Sequence record: MW349129.1
Direction: 5' to 3' (one strand)
Length of the DNA: 64,000 nucleotides
Shown in pieces: positions 29,712 through 39,789 of this stretch. The notes beneath the pieces are model-generated. The model had not been told where the DNA came from, ran no database searches, and saw only the letters and a list, made by a program, of their open reading frames with translations. Made by a program: the position numbers and the translations under genes. The first letter of the stretch is position 1; each line of letters opens with the position of its first letter.

Positions 29712-30740
29712 TTAGTTCAAATTAAATTCCTCATCTAATATTTTTTCTAAATTTTCAACAACTTTATCATCTTCATCAATTTCAGGTTTCTTATCAGGAG
29801 CTTTCTTAAAGATGGATACAAATTTATTACCATTGCTTTGAGCCCATTTTTGTGCTTCTTTGAAACGATCTGCAACTATTCCAATAGGTATTCTTCTAAT
29901 TTTATCTTTACCTTTATACTTAATAGGTACTTCTAAAGCAGCGTTTTTACCTCCAGTACGTTTGGCTACCACTACAGCATTACCTGAATCAATCCTAATA
30001 CCTTTACTTTTAGCTTTTATTTTAAAATTCATACAAGCTTTAGCAAAATCTGCTTCAAGAGTATCAGGTTCAACAATTCCTTCTTGAACTGCAACATCGG
30101 AAGTGTTACCACAATCTTCACATACTAATTGCCCTGATTCATTTGGAGACATTTTAGAACCACATTCTTCACAAATAGGTTCTTCTTTATCAGTGTCAAT
30201 ATCACGATTTAATTCTTCATTTAATTTTTTCTTACTATTTTTCAATTTTTCTTTATATTCTTTAATCTTTCTTTTTTTCTCTTTTCTATCTTTAGTATTT
30301 CTAATATCCTCAATATCTTTTCGAAGTTCTAATTTTAATTTATCCTTCTTAATTCTACTTTCAGCAGCTTTTTTAGCTTCATCTGAAGGTTTCATCTTTT
30401 TAAGTTCAGGAAAAACTAATGACTTATTTTTATTCATTATTCTTTCATACTGTCCGCCTGAAGCAATAACTCGATTAATTCTAACCACAGCAAAGTCTCT
30501 TTCTGTGTTTTCTCCACTAACTAAGTTTTTACATTTTACTTCTAAGTTTATATTAGTTCCCATATAAATAAATTTACTAGGTTGGAAGTTAGCATAGCCT
30601 TGTTTTGTTAAACCATCTATCCCTTTTTGATATTGATTTATGATAAAACCTATCATGCTTTTAAAAAAATCTTGGTCTGGATCTTCATTAACTAAATTAA
30701 ATTCTTTGTCTAGAGATTCTTCTAAAGATTTCAAATCCAT
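29712..30740 (-). CDS. putative internal head protein with Zn-ribbon
   Basis: Starts LEESLDKEFNL and ends LEKILDEEFNLN; contains CEECG...CEDCG; late promoter. Confidence 0.55.
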   Translation of the reverse strand: MDLKSLEESLDKEFNLVNEDPDQDFFKSMIGFIINQYQKGIDGLTKQGYANFQPSKFIYMGTNINLEVKCKNLVSGENTERDFAVVRINRVIASGGQYERIMNKNKSLVFPELKKMKPSDEAKKAAESRIKKDKLKLELRKDIEDIRNTKDRKEKKRKIKEYKEKLKNSKKKLNEELNRDIDTDKEEPICEECGSKMSPNESGQLVCEDCGNTSDVAVQEGIVEPDTLEADFAKACMNFKIKAKSKGIRIDSGNAVVVAKRTGGKNAALEVPIKYKGKDKIRRIPIGIVADRFKEAQKWAQSNGNKFVSIFKKAPDKKPEIDEDDKVVENLEKILDEEFNLN

Positions 30741-30772
30741 TATATTTTCCTCATTTCTATTTATTTTATTAA

Positions 30773-30784
30773 TATTAATGTGTT
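30773..30784 (-). promoter_or_regulatory. late promoter AACA-N6-TA
   Basis: AACA-CATTAA-TA, 33 nt upstream of the 30740 start. Confidence 0.65.
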
Positions 30785-30807
30785 AAAATAATGATTTATT
30801 AAAAATA

Positions 30808-30836
30808 ACCCTAACCAAAGTATAAATGGTTAGGGT
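30808..30836. terminator. CCCTAA-family hairpin terminator
   Basis: ACCCTAACCA / TGGTTAGGGT just after the RNAP beta stop. Confidence 0.75.
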
Positions 30837-30844
30837 ATATAATA

Positions 30845-33800
30845 TTAAAGCATATCTTTAACTTTACGTTTTAATTCTATTAGAGCTTTATTAGTGAAAA
30901 GCATCAAGTAAATATCTGTAGTCATACGAGATACGATACTTAATGGAGAGAATATAGCTTCGATTTCTTCTTCAGGTCTATATTCAGCATAAGGAGATTC
31001 ATCAGGCGGAGTAACGTCAGCAATAACTGTTTTACATGCTCCGTAGAAACTAATCTTATCACCGATACTCATATCATCTTCATACTCTGTGAAGATTTCA
31101 ATAAGAACTCCGTCTACTTTTTCACCTTTAATTTTCTCACTATTAATTTTCTCTACAGCTGGAATATCTACATCTAATCCAGGTAATGTAGATTTATTAT
31201 CTTTAACTGCATTTTTGTATTCTTTATATTTGCTCTTAGATTTATTAATATACCCATTAACCAATTTAGCTAATGTAGGAGACATATTTTCAATATCATC
31301 ATTATAGTAGATATTTACTTTTTTAATTTCTCCAGTATATTTAGATCTAACAGCTCTATTAGAAATATCTTGTATTTCTTGTTCAAATTCAGAACCGATT
31401 TTATCTAATAAAGAACCAATACCTTCATCATCAAATGAATTCTCAAATATCATTAATGGATCTCCTGTACGTACATTTTGACCTTCTTTAACAATATATT
31501 GAATATTCGTACTAGAAGCTAAGTTGACTGTTTTCTTCATAGTAACTTTAGTTGACATAGATTCAGACATACTGCTAGAAATAATAGAACTATCTTCGTA
31601 CGTGCCATAGCTTGAAGCAACTGCAACTTTAGATAATTTACCAGCAGCAAATTGAATATCATTATTACTACCAGATCCTGCAAAGTAATTATCATTTTTA
31701 GCCAATACTTGTCCTTTATTAAATTTCTTACCTACTTCAAATTGTGGAGTAAGTTTATTATTTTGATAGAAACCACCATTAGAGTTCTTAGCAAGTTTTT
31801 CAGATATATCGATCACATCGTTATCTCCATTAATGTATTCAACAAGCATTAATCCTGTTTTCTCATTAACAGAAGTTACTTTCCCATCTTCTTTAGCTTT
31901 AAATGCAAAAGTATCTGAAATTTGATACGCTAAAGCTTTATCTACACCAGATCCAACTAATGGACGGTCATTTGTTTTAGTAGCGATTAAATGCTTAGCC
32001 TGAGTTCCTGTCATTCCTATACGAGGTGACATTTTTATTATTCTACATTAATTTAATATAGATTAGACTATATCTTTACCATATAAATGGTAACTATTAT
32101 TTAGTCGTTGAACAGTCTTTAACTGATGCTGATTAACTTAATAAAGCTTTCCAGCAATTAAATAATTTTATTGCGAACTTACCTCATTTCGTATATCCGC
32201 ATGTCTACTAGTATATGGATTTAATAATTCTAATGGAGTATATAAAGCTGTATCACTTACATCTTTTTTACTACCATCAGTATAACCACGAGTAGATTTA
32301 ATTTGTGTATCATATGAAAGTTGTCTAACTATCCCTACCTTATTAGAGTCGGGAGTGGATATTCCTAATATACCTTGCATACTTTCATCGTAAGAACGAA
32401 TATCAGGTTCATATGATTGTTCCGAGTTACGTCCAGCAGGACCTTTAAATGTAACAGAAGTCATCTTATCTATTTCTAAGTTAGGGTTTAAATCAGATAC
32501 TTCATCTACTGTAGGTTGTTCCATAATAGTTTTAATTAATTGGTCTTGTTTAACTGAAATATTCTTAGGATTTTTATTATTATAAGAATCTGAATATTCT
32601 TTATAAGCATTAGCCATCATTTTATATAATAATGCGTTGATCTGTTCTGGACCACGTACACGATAAATTCCCATATCATTATGATCTTTAGCAGATACAT
32701 CTTCCAACATCGTATTAGCTAATAGTAATAATTCAACCATATTATCAGGAAGTTTTAAATCTCTTAATACTTCTTTAGTAATAGGATCCATTGCTAAATC
32801 CATAGTATTTTTAATACCTTTACCAACATTACGACTGTAGAATTTATCATTGAAATATTCTAAGTAAGGTGTTTCAGTTTCAAAATCACTGAAGTTGTAT
32901 TGTGATGTAGGTAATACAGTTAATCCAGACATTAATAAATCAAATCTTAATTTATCAGTAGAATATATTAAATAACCATCTTGGAATTTAATCTTATTCT
33001 TTTTATCATGAATACTAATTCTTTCATTCTCAGTAGTAAATTTATAATCAACTTCATAAAGATCAAGAATATTAGTTAAACCTTTATAGAAACCTAATAA
33101 TAGAATTGTAGGTACTAATTTATTAGTAATTTTAACACGTGAAAATGCCATAGTTTTACTAGCTTGTATATTCTTACTAAATTTCTTATCAACGACTCCA
33201 AAGTCAACTTCATTGTCTAATTTATCAATAATATAGTCAAATATATTCATTTCCATTGACTTAATATTAGATTTACTACATTCATACATAACAGATTCTG
33301 TTTTATCTGCTAATATTAATTTAGATTTATTAATATTATAACCAATAGGGAAGTATTTATCTTGATCATAATCAATCTTAGATAAGCTCGCACTATCAGA
33401 AATCATTCCTAATAAACTTCTTTGGTTAAATATAAGTACATTAGTATCATCTTGGAAATTTAGTATATTTCTAGATAAACTATTATAAATAACTGATGTT
33501 ACATATTTATTATTGATTAAAGAAGCATTACCCTTTTTAACAGATAATTTAGATTTATTTTCAATATAATCTATAACTTGATCATCTTCAATAACTTTCT
33601 TAATCCATTCAGTTTCAGCATTTTCTTTATAACCGAATTTTTCTATAATGAATTTATTATAGTTAGTTGTAATCCAAACAGTGTCAGGTTTATATTTAAC
33701 GATTGGCCACATCATTAACTGTTTAGTTAATACTTTTTTACCACCATTAAGTTTCATGTATTTACCATCAATAACTTTAGGAACATCAAATTTAACATTA

Positions 33801-35263
33801 TGAGTTAAACCATCTGGACTTCTAAATTGAACTTTAACTGTATTCTTTAATGATTGACTATCTGAATTATCTTCAATATTCATTTTATTAATAAATACCG
33901 GAATATCTTCATTGTCATTAAAGCTTTTCATTATGTCAATAAAATCTTTATTAAATGTTTTTTGCATATAAGAAATATCAAAATCATTAGAAGCAATATT
34001 ATTAATAGTCTCTTCATTGATATTATTAATATTTTCATTAATTTCTCTATCAATTAATTTATCTTCAGAAAAACTAAAATCTTCTAAATCATTAAGGTAA
34101 TCATCTTGTTTTTTAGATAAAGCTAATATCTTTTTAGTATTTTTAAGAGCTTCGTCTCCAATACTAGATTTATTTTTAATATTTCTCTTAATTGATTTAA
34201 ATGAATCATTTTTATCTAATACATCTGAATATAATGTTTCAGTATCGATATCAATTAAATCTTTATTATCATTTAATTCTTTTTCAATTATCATAGCTAT
34301 ATTATATTCATCATCGACATCCATTTCAGTATTGTCTAATGATCTGATATAACTTATTGTAGAATCTATTTTATTAGATATTTTTTCTAATTGTTCATCA
34401 TTTTCATATTCAACTTCATCGTTCTGAGCTTCAATAGGGTCGATTGTTCCTACATTATCAAATGCTTTCTTTTTAATTACTCCATCTACAGCTTCAGTAT
34501 TATCATCATCTTCAACTTTACTAATTTCATCAGTATCCAATACCTGTGTATTAGTGTCAATCATTCTTCTTAATCTTTGTCTTAATCTCATATTAAGTTT
34601 ATTATAATCTTTATAATCAAATTTAAACATTATTCCATTATCTAATGAGACAAATAATAAATTAACATTTTGATTTTCACCGTGAGGTAATTCCTCTTGA
34701 TTCTTAATCATCATAAATAAGCTTGACATGAAATCTTTTGTATTAGGTCTAATAGCTTGTTGAGAAGGTTTATTATAACCATCAACATTAATTACATAAA
34801 GTAAATTATTATAATCTTCTGTATTATTTAAAGAATTAAAAGTTGATTTAATTGAATTTAATACAGTATTGAAGTTTTTAGTCATTAATGATTTATCTTC
34901 TAAATCAATAAATTTAGTTGAATCAACAATATAGTTTCTACTTTTAAATAATTTCTCATTTCTTTCAACTCTATACTGTTTGTAAGATTTAGATTTAATT
35001 TCTTTTTGATAATCTGTTATATTCGTTAATAATCTAGTTCTTCTATTTTGAGTTCTATACAATCTTGGTGTATAGATATTCTTGAAATTCTGATGATATA
35101 ATAATCCACTATTTAAGAAATCAGTAAATGAATTTTCTTTAAAACCTTTATAAATAACTAATTGGTCTTTTTTCTTATCTTTGATTTCTTCATCAATAGC
35201 TTTAATTTTATATCCAGATATTGAATAGAATTTAAGATTTTTTAATCTATTAAGATATTTCAA
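30845..35263 (-). CDS. rpoB: multisubunit RNA polymerase beta subunit, probably virion; spliced complement(join(30845..32029,32195..35263)), 1417 aa
   Basis: LNGGKKVL, SVTFKGPAG, TPDSNKVGIV and GDKISFYGACKTVI. The junction gives PYTSRHAD|SPRIGMTGTQAKH, matching bacterial beta HDDANRALMGANMQRQ. Confidence 0.88.
32030..32194 (-). ncRNA. minimal group I intron (165 nt, no ORF) in RNAP beta
   Basis: P1: exon TGCGGAT pairs with intron GTTCGCA. P10: GAGGT pairs with exon 2 ACCTC. P3 ATTATTTA/TAAATAAT, P4 TGCTG/CAGCA, P6 CAGT/ACTG, P7 GACTA/TAGTC, P8 TTACCAT/ATGGTAA and P9 are present, with a terminal G. Removal is in frame. Confidence 0.93.
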
Positions 35264-35761
35264 TTATGCCATTCCTTTCCGTATTTAATTTTATTGATTA
35301 ATATATTTATATTACTTTTATTTTATAATATTATTCAATAAATTTCCTATATACAATAGTTTTGATTACTATCATTATGTATTTTAATTGGATTTATAAA
35401 AATAAAATAACGAACTATGTGAGTTATTTTTAAATACATTTTTATGAAATAAAAATGTGTACTATCCCCTCATAATATTTTAATTTATATAAATATACTA
35501 TAAGAATAGTATATTTATTATTATAATATTTCATTATAATATAATTATAATATTCCGGACACTTTCAAATTTTTTATTACATAATGATACAAATTTATAA
35601 TTCTTCATATAATTTATTTTTATAGATTACATTAAGATAATATAAAATATTAATAGATTATCCTATCTTTATTAATATAATACAATTAAATAATTAATAT
35701 AAAAACATTTATTAACTTCATACATATTGTTTAATTATATAAAAATTATAAAATACTCAGT

Positions 35762-35773
35762 AACATCTAAATA
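35762..35773 (+). promoter_or_regulatory. late promoter AACA-N6-TA
   Basis: AACA-TCTAAA-TA, about 30 nt upstream of the second beta'-C gene. Confidence 0.65.
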
Positions 35774-35804
35774 TCAATAAAATAACGAAAGAAGTGAAAA
35801 TAAA

Positions 35805-37031
35805 TTGGCTAATATGAATTATGAAAATAAAACACTTAATGAAAAAGAATTATCGACATTATTAAGTGTTGGTAAAGATGATATTACATTAGACAAGTTA
35901 AAAGAATTATTTGCTTTTAGACAAAATACAGAACCAATGTATAATCCGACAGATAAATTTACATTAAAGAAAGATTTAGTGTTTAATAAAAAAGATGAAA
36001 AAACTACTGTAGGTAGATATATATTTAATAAATTTATTTTAGATAATAAAATTGGTCCAATTATAGGATATATGAATCATGATATGGGTGGTTCTGGAGT
36101 AGGTAAACTTCAATCTGATTTATCAAACTTATTACTTAATGATATTATTACTACACAAGAAATGTCAAATTATATTGATAGATTACAATGGTTAGGATTC
36201 TCTATAGCTAGTTTTATTAATTCTAGTTTAACTACTACAATGATGACTGCTACTGATAAAGTTAAACAAAAGAAAGAAGAATTATTAGTTAAATATGAAA
36301 AAGCATTGAATACTCCTGGAGAAGAATTAAATGCAATATCAGTTATTGAAAAAGAATTAATTAACTTAAGTAAAGAAGAATTAAAAGGATTAGCCGATTT
36401 AGATATTTATGATAGTGGTTCTCGTGGTTCATTCGGTAATAACTATAAATTAACTGCATTAATTCGTGGAGCTAATAAAAACTTTGCTGATCCAAGTAAA
36501 ATTAGAATTGCTAAAAGCTCACTAGCTGAAGGAATTGATCCTAATGAACTTTATATGTTTGGAGATATCATGACTGCAGGTTCAGCTGGACGTGCACTAG
36601 GAACTCAAGAAGGCGGGTACCAAGCTAAGCAGCTGATGTCGGCTTTCCAAACGACTGTTTTAGATAAAAAAGGTTCTGATTGTAGAACAAATCATTTCCT
36701 TAAATTGATATTAGATAAATCAAACGCATCATTAATGATGTATAGATATTTTAAAGATAATAACGCAAGATCAGGTCAATTAGTTTTATTAACTCCTGAA
36801 AATGTAGATGATCATATGGGTAAAGTTTTAGAATTTAGAAGTCCTATGTATTGTGCAAGTGAAGATATTTGTAGTAAATGTGCAGGAGAACTACCATATA
36901 AATTAGGAATTGAAAATATTGGTCTATTAGTTAACCAAGTAGCACAAGCAATCGTAACAAGCTCAATGAAATCTTTCCATGATATGACAATTAAACAGAA
37001 TGAAGTAGACATAGAAAGTTATATAGAATAA
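35805..37031 (+). CDS. rpoC: RNA polymerase beta'-C subunit, probably virion
   Basis: SGSRGS, LAEGI, TQEGGYQAKQL (bridge helix), DCRT and FRSPMYC...ICSKCAG Zn site, and trigger-loop end SSMKSFH; late promoter. Confidence 0.88.
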   Translation: MANMNYENKTLNEKELSTLLSVGKDDITLDKLKELFAFRQNTEPMYNPTDKFTLKKDLVFNKKDEKTTVGRYIFNKFILDNKIGPIIGYMNHDMGGSGVGKLQSDLSNLLLNDIITTQEMSNYIDRLQWLGFSIASFINSSLTTTMMTATDKVKQKKEELLVKYEKALNTPGEELNAISVIEKELINLSKEELKGLADLDIYDSGSRGSFGNNYKLTALIRGANKNFADPSKIRIAKSSLAEGIDPNELYMFGDIMTAGSAGRALGTQEGGYQAKQLMSAFQTTVLDKKGSDCRTNHFLKLILDKSNASLMMYRYFKDNNARSGQLVLLTPENVDDHMGKVLEFRSPMYCASEDICSKCAGELPYKLGIENIGLLVNQVAQAIVTSSMKSFHDMTIKQNEVDIESYIE

Positions 37032-37035
37032 TGAA

Positions 37036-37065
37036 AATATAGTGACATTAATTTGTCATTATATT
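37036..37065 (+). terminator. intrinsic terminator
   Basis: AATATAGTGACA / TGTCATTATATT followed by a long T-run. Confidence 0.7.
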
Positions 37066-37268
37066 TTATTTTTTTTTTATTTAGGATTTATAAATAACTA
37101 TTTTAATATAGTAATAGATATATTTCTATTTACTATATTCGTAAATTCTTTTTCTTACTCAATTTCGTAATTTGCTTTTGCGTCAAGCAGATTGCATGGG
37201 CCTCCGACCCGTATAATATTGTACTACACATAGTGGATCATAGAAAAATGATCCACTTTATTTATTAT

Positions 37269-37340
37269 TGTCCCATAACTCAATGGTAGAGTGAGCGGTT
37301 GTTAACCGATTTGTTGAGAGTTCAAATCTCTCTGGGACAA
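37269..37340 (+). tRNA. trnN: tRNA-Asn(GTT)
   Basis: Acceptor TGTCCCA/TGGGACA, D stem ACTC/GAGT with GG, anticodon loop TT-GTT-AA, T arm GAGAG-TTCAAAT-CTCTC. One anticodon-stem mismatch, discriminator A, no encoded CCA. Confidence 0.8.
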
Positions 37341-37347
37341 CAGTTTA

Positions 37348-37423
37348 TGTTCTTGTTGCTACTGGTTAAAGCATATCGAGTAAATCGGTATTTTGTGAGT
37401 TCAAATCTCACCAAGAACACCCA
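37348..37423 (+). tRNA. tRNA-like gene with aberrant anticodon loop (identity undetermined; possible pseudo-tRNA)
   Basis: (T)GTTCTTG/CAAGAAC(A) acceptor, D stem TGCT/AGCA, T arm GTGAG-TTCAAAT-CTCAC, ends CCCA. The anticodon stem ATCGA/TCGGT encloses only GTAAA, so U33 is missing. Confidence 0.6.
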
Positions 37424-37714
37424 ATAGGATTAATCATCCTTACATCAGTGCTGCAGAACTGATGTAAATAAAATATAATATGAGTGATATGCCAAACTTA
37501 TATTATTAGATTCAACCAATGTTAAGGCATATCATTGGTTGTAAAAACAAAAAATCATTACAGTCTTATAGGTTTTCTAGTTTTGTTCCTGTCACTTGAT
37601 GTCTAAAAACTAGACTATTAAACATTTTATTTCTTTTAGCTCACAACTTAAAAGAAAAACTAGGTGGATCATTTTATGCTTTTTTGATCGGCTAAAAACT
37701 AATAAAGCACCCTT

Positions 37715-37745
37715 ACCCTAACCTCATTAAGTTGAAGGTTAGGGT
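37715..37745. terminator. CCCTAA-family hairpin ending the tRNA/ncRNA region
   Basis: ACCCTAACCT / AGGTTAGGGT followed by TATTTT. Confidence 0.75.
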
Positions 37746-37760
37746 TATTTTATACATAGT

Positions 37761-37778
37761 TTTAAATATATATTATAA
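37761..37778 (+). promoter_or_regulatory. early promoter motif
   Basis: TTTAAATATATATTATAA. Confidence 0.7.
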
Positions 37779-37830
37779 AAATGAGATATAATTGTCTCAA
37801 ATACTTTTATAATATGGAGATGAAAGAGAT

Positions 37831-39783
37831 ATGATAGGTTCAGAGATTAGAAAATCATTAAACGAGAAATTTGGTTATCATTATAAATTCTTATTAGAAG
37901 ATTTTAAGAAAGATTATGATTTAAATAAGGATACAATTATGGTAACTAAAGAAGCTAGCGATATTACAAAGGAATATAGAATAAAATTATTAAAGTATAC
38001 TAAAGACATTGAAAAATTAGATAAAGACTTTAAGAAAGAGGAAGAAGAATTAAATATTAGAAAATCTAGAATTTTTAATTTAGATGAATTAGGTTTAGAT
38101 GAAGACCTTAGAAATATCTGTAAGTATATAGATAGTACTACTAAATTAAAAGTAAAGGTTAGAGAGTATAAAAAAGAAAGTAAAGAAAATATTGAATTCT
38201 TTTACAAAAATTTTGCTAATTATACTTATAATAGTGTAATATATGATATGAGTAATTTTAAACCATCAACAATTAGATCTAATCAGAAAGTTATATGCAG
38301 AAAACATGGACCTTTCTTTACTACTCCAGTAGATTTCTTTATAAAGAAAAAAGGATGTCCAGTGTGTGAAAAAGAAACAGAGGAAGAAAAGAAAGACACT
38401 AGTTGGAAGGATGAATTCATAGAAAATAACAATAAAAAAATATATCAAGAAGTAAAAGAAGAGAAAGAAAAAGAAAATAAAAAATCTAAAAAAGAAAAGG
38501 TAGATGTGAAAAAAGAAAATAAAAAACTTTTAGATGAAATATTAAATCCACCTGAATTAGGATATTACAGAGAACCGGATAAGATACCTAATAATGAAAA
38601 AGAAAATGAGAAATTCTTAAAGAATATTAAAGCTATAGATAACGATAAAGTTGAAGAATCTAAAGAAGTTCAAAAACCAAAAGAAATTGTTAAACCTAAA
38701 TTAAATAAAAAGTCAGTTGATCAAATAATAGGAGACGATAATACTAATTTAGGTAGAAAGATTAAATATATAAATAAAAATATCTACACGGAAAATGAAA
38801 GACAAGATTTCTATAAAAAATTAACTGATCGTAAACATGGTAAAAATAAATATAAAATTGACAAATTCAGACCTAAGACTATCAAAGAAAAACAAGAAGT
38901 AATTTGTCTTAAGCATGGTCCTTTTAAAGTAACAGCTGAAGAATTATTAATTAAAGGCAAACAGTGTCCTAAATGTTCTTCTACTAGCACTTCGATAACA
39001 GAAACTTTTGTAAGGGAGTACATTCAAAGTTTAGATTTTGAAGTTAATAATTATGAAATAGAAGATTTAATCAGACCTTATGGTGTTGATATAGTTATAG
39101 AAAATTTAAAATTAGCTATTGAAGTTCAAGGTATTAAATATCATTCATCTGAAACAAGATCAGAATCTTCAAATAAATACCATCAATTAAGAAAATTAAA
39201 AATGTTAGAAAATAAAGGTTATCATTTATTGAATATATATGATGATGAAATCCCTAATAAGAATAAAGGAATTGGCTGGGATAAATTTGGTAGATTTTTA
39301 TCTGAATTAATGATGTTTGATAAAAGATTTGATATTGAAGAAATGGATACAAATTCAATAAAGATAGATACAATTAGTTATTACAAATTCAGAGAATTCT
39401 TTGAAAATTCTAGACAAAATTTTGTTACTGGAGATACAGAGTATAAAGGTGTAGTTTATAAGAATAAATTAATCTCAGTGTTCTCATATAATAAAGAAAC
39501 AAGAGAATGTCATAACTATCATACTATGACAAATAATAAATTTGATTTGGAATTAATTAAAAGAAAATACAAAGATTTAAAATTTGTAGTTAAAAAAGAT
39601 TCTTATGTAGCGTATAAAATGAAAAGCTATGAAATGTTACCAATAGCAGAAACGGAACCTGACTTCTGTAACTTTTCAAAGACCAATGGAAATAGAAAAA
39701 ATAACTATATAAGACAAAAAAGAAAGGATGAAAATGATAAAAACAAAGTATATAACTGTGGAAATATAATTTTTGTATTTTAA
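37831..39783 (+). CDS. free-standing homing-endonuclease-like protein (two C-x2-HG.F...CP.C Zn modules plus Vsr/PD-(D/E)xK domain)
   Basis: CRKHGPF...GCPVC and CLKHGPF...QCPKC, then E...YI, VDIVIENLKLAIEVQGIKYHS and LLNIYDDE. Confidence 0.7.
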   Translation: MIGSEIRKSLNEKFGYHYKFLLEDFKKDYDLNKDTIMVTKEASDITKEYRIKLLKYTKDIEKLDKDFKKEEEELNIRKSRIFNLDELGLDEDLRNICKYIDSTTKLKVKVREYKKESKENIEFFYKNFANYTYNSVIYDMSNFKPSTIRSNQKVICRKHGPFFTTPVDFFIKKKGCPVCEKETEEEKKDTSWKDEFIENNNKKIYQEVKEEKEKENKKSKKEKVDVKKENKKLLDEILNPPELGYYREPDKIPNNEKENEKFLKNIKAIDNDKVEESKEVQKPKEIVKPKLNKKSVDQIIGDDNTNLGRKIKYINKNIYTENERQDFYKKLTDRKHGKNKYKIDKFRPKTIKEKQEVICLKHGPFKVTAEELLIKGKQCPKCSSTSTSITETFVREYIQSLDFEVNNYEIEDLIRPYGVDIVIENLKLAIEVQGIKYHSSETRSESSNKYHQLRKLKMLENKGYHLLNIYDDEIPNKNKGIGWDKFGRFLSELMMFDKRFDIEEMDTNSIKIDTISYYKFREFFENSRQNFVTGDTEYKGVVYKNKLISVFSYNKETRECHNYHTMTNNKFDLELIKRKYKDLKFVVKKDSYVAYKMKSYEMLPIAETEPDFCNFSKTNGNRKNNYIRQKRKDENDKNKVYNCGNIIFVF

Positions 39784-39789
39784 ATAATA

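Noticed and set aside
30845-32032. Separate 395-aa RNAP gene starting at ATG 32032
   Set aside because: The G of that ATG is the intron's terminal G, there is no SD, and the spliced junction restores a conserved beta motif.
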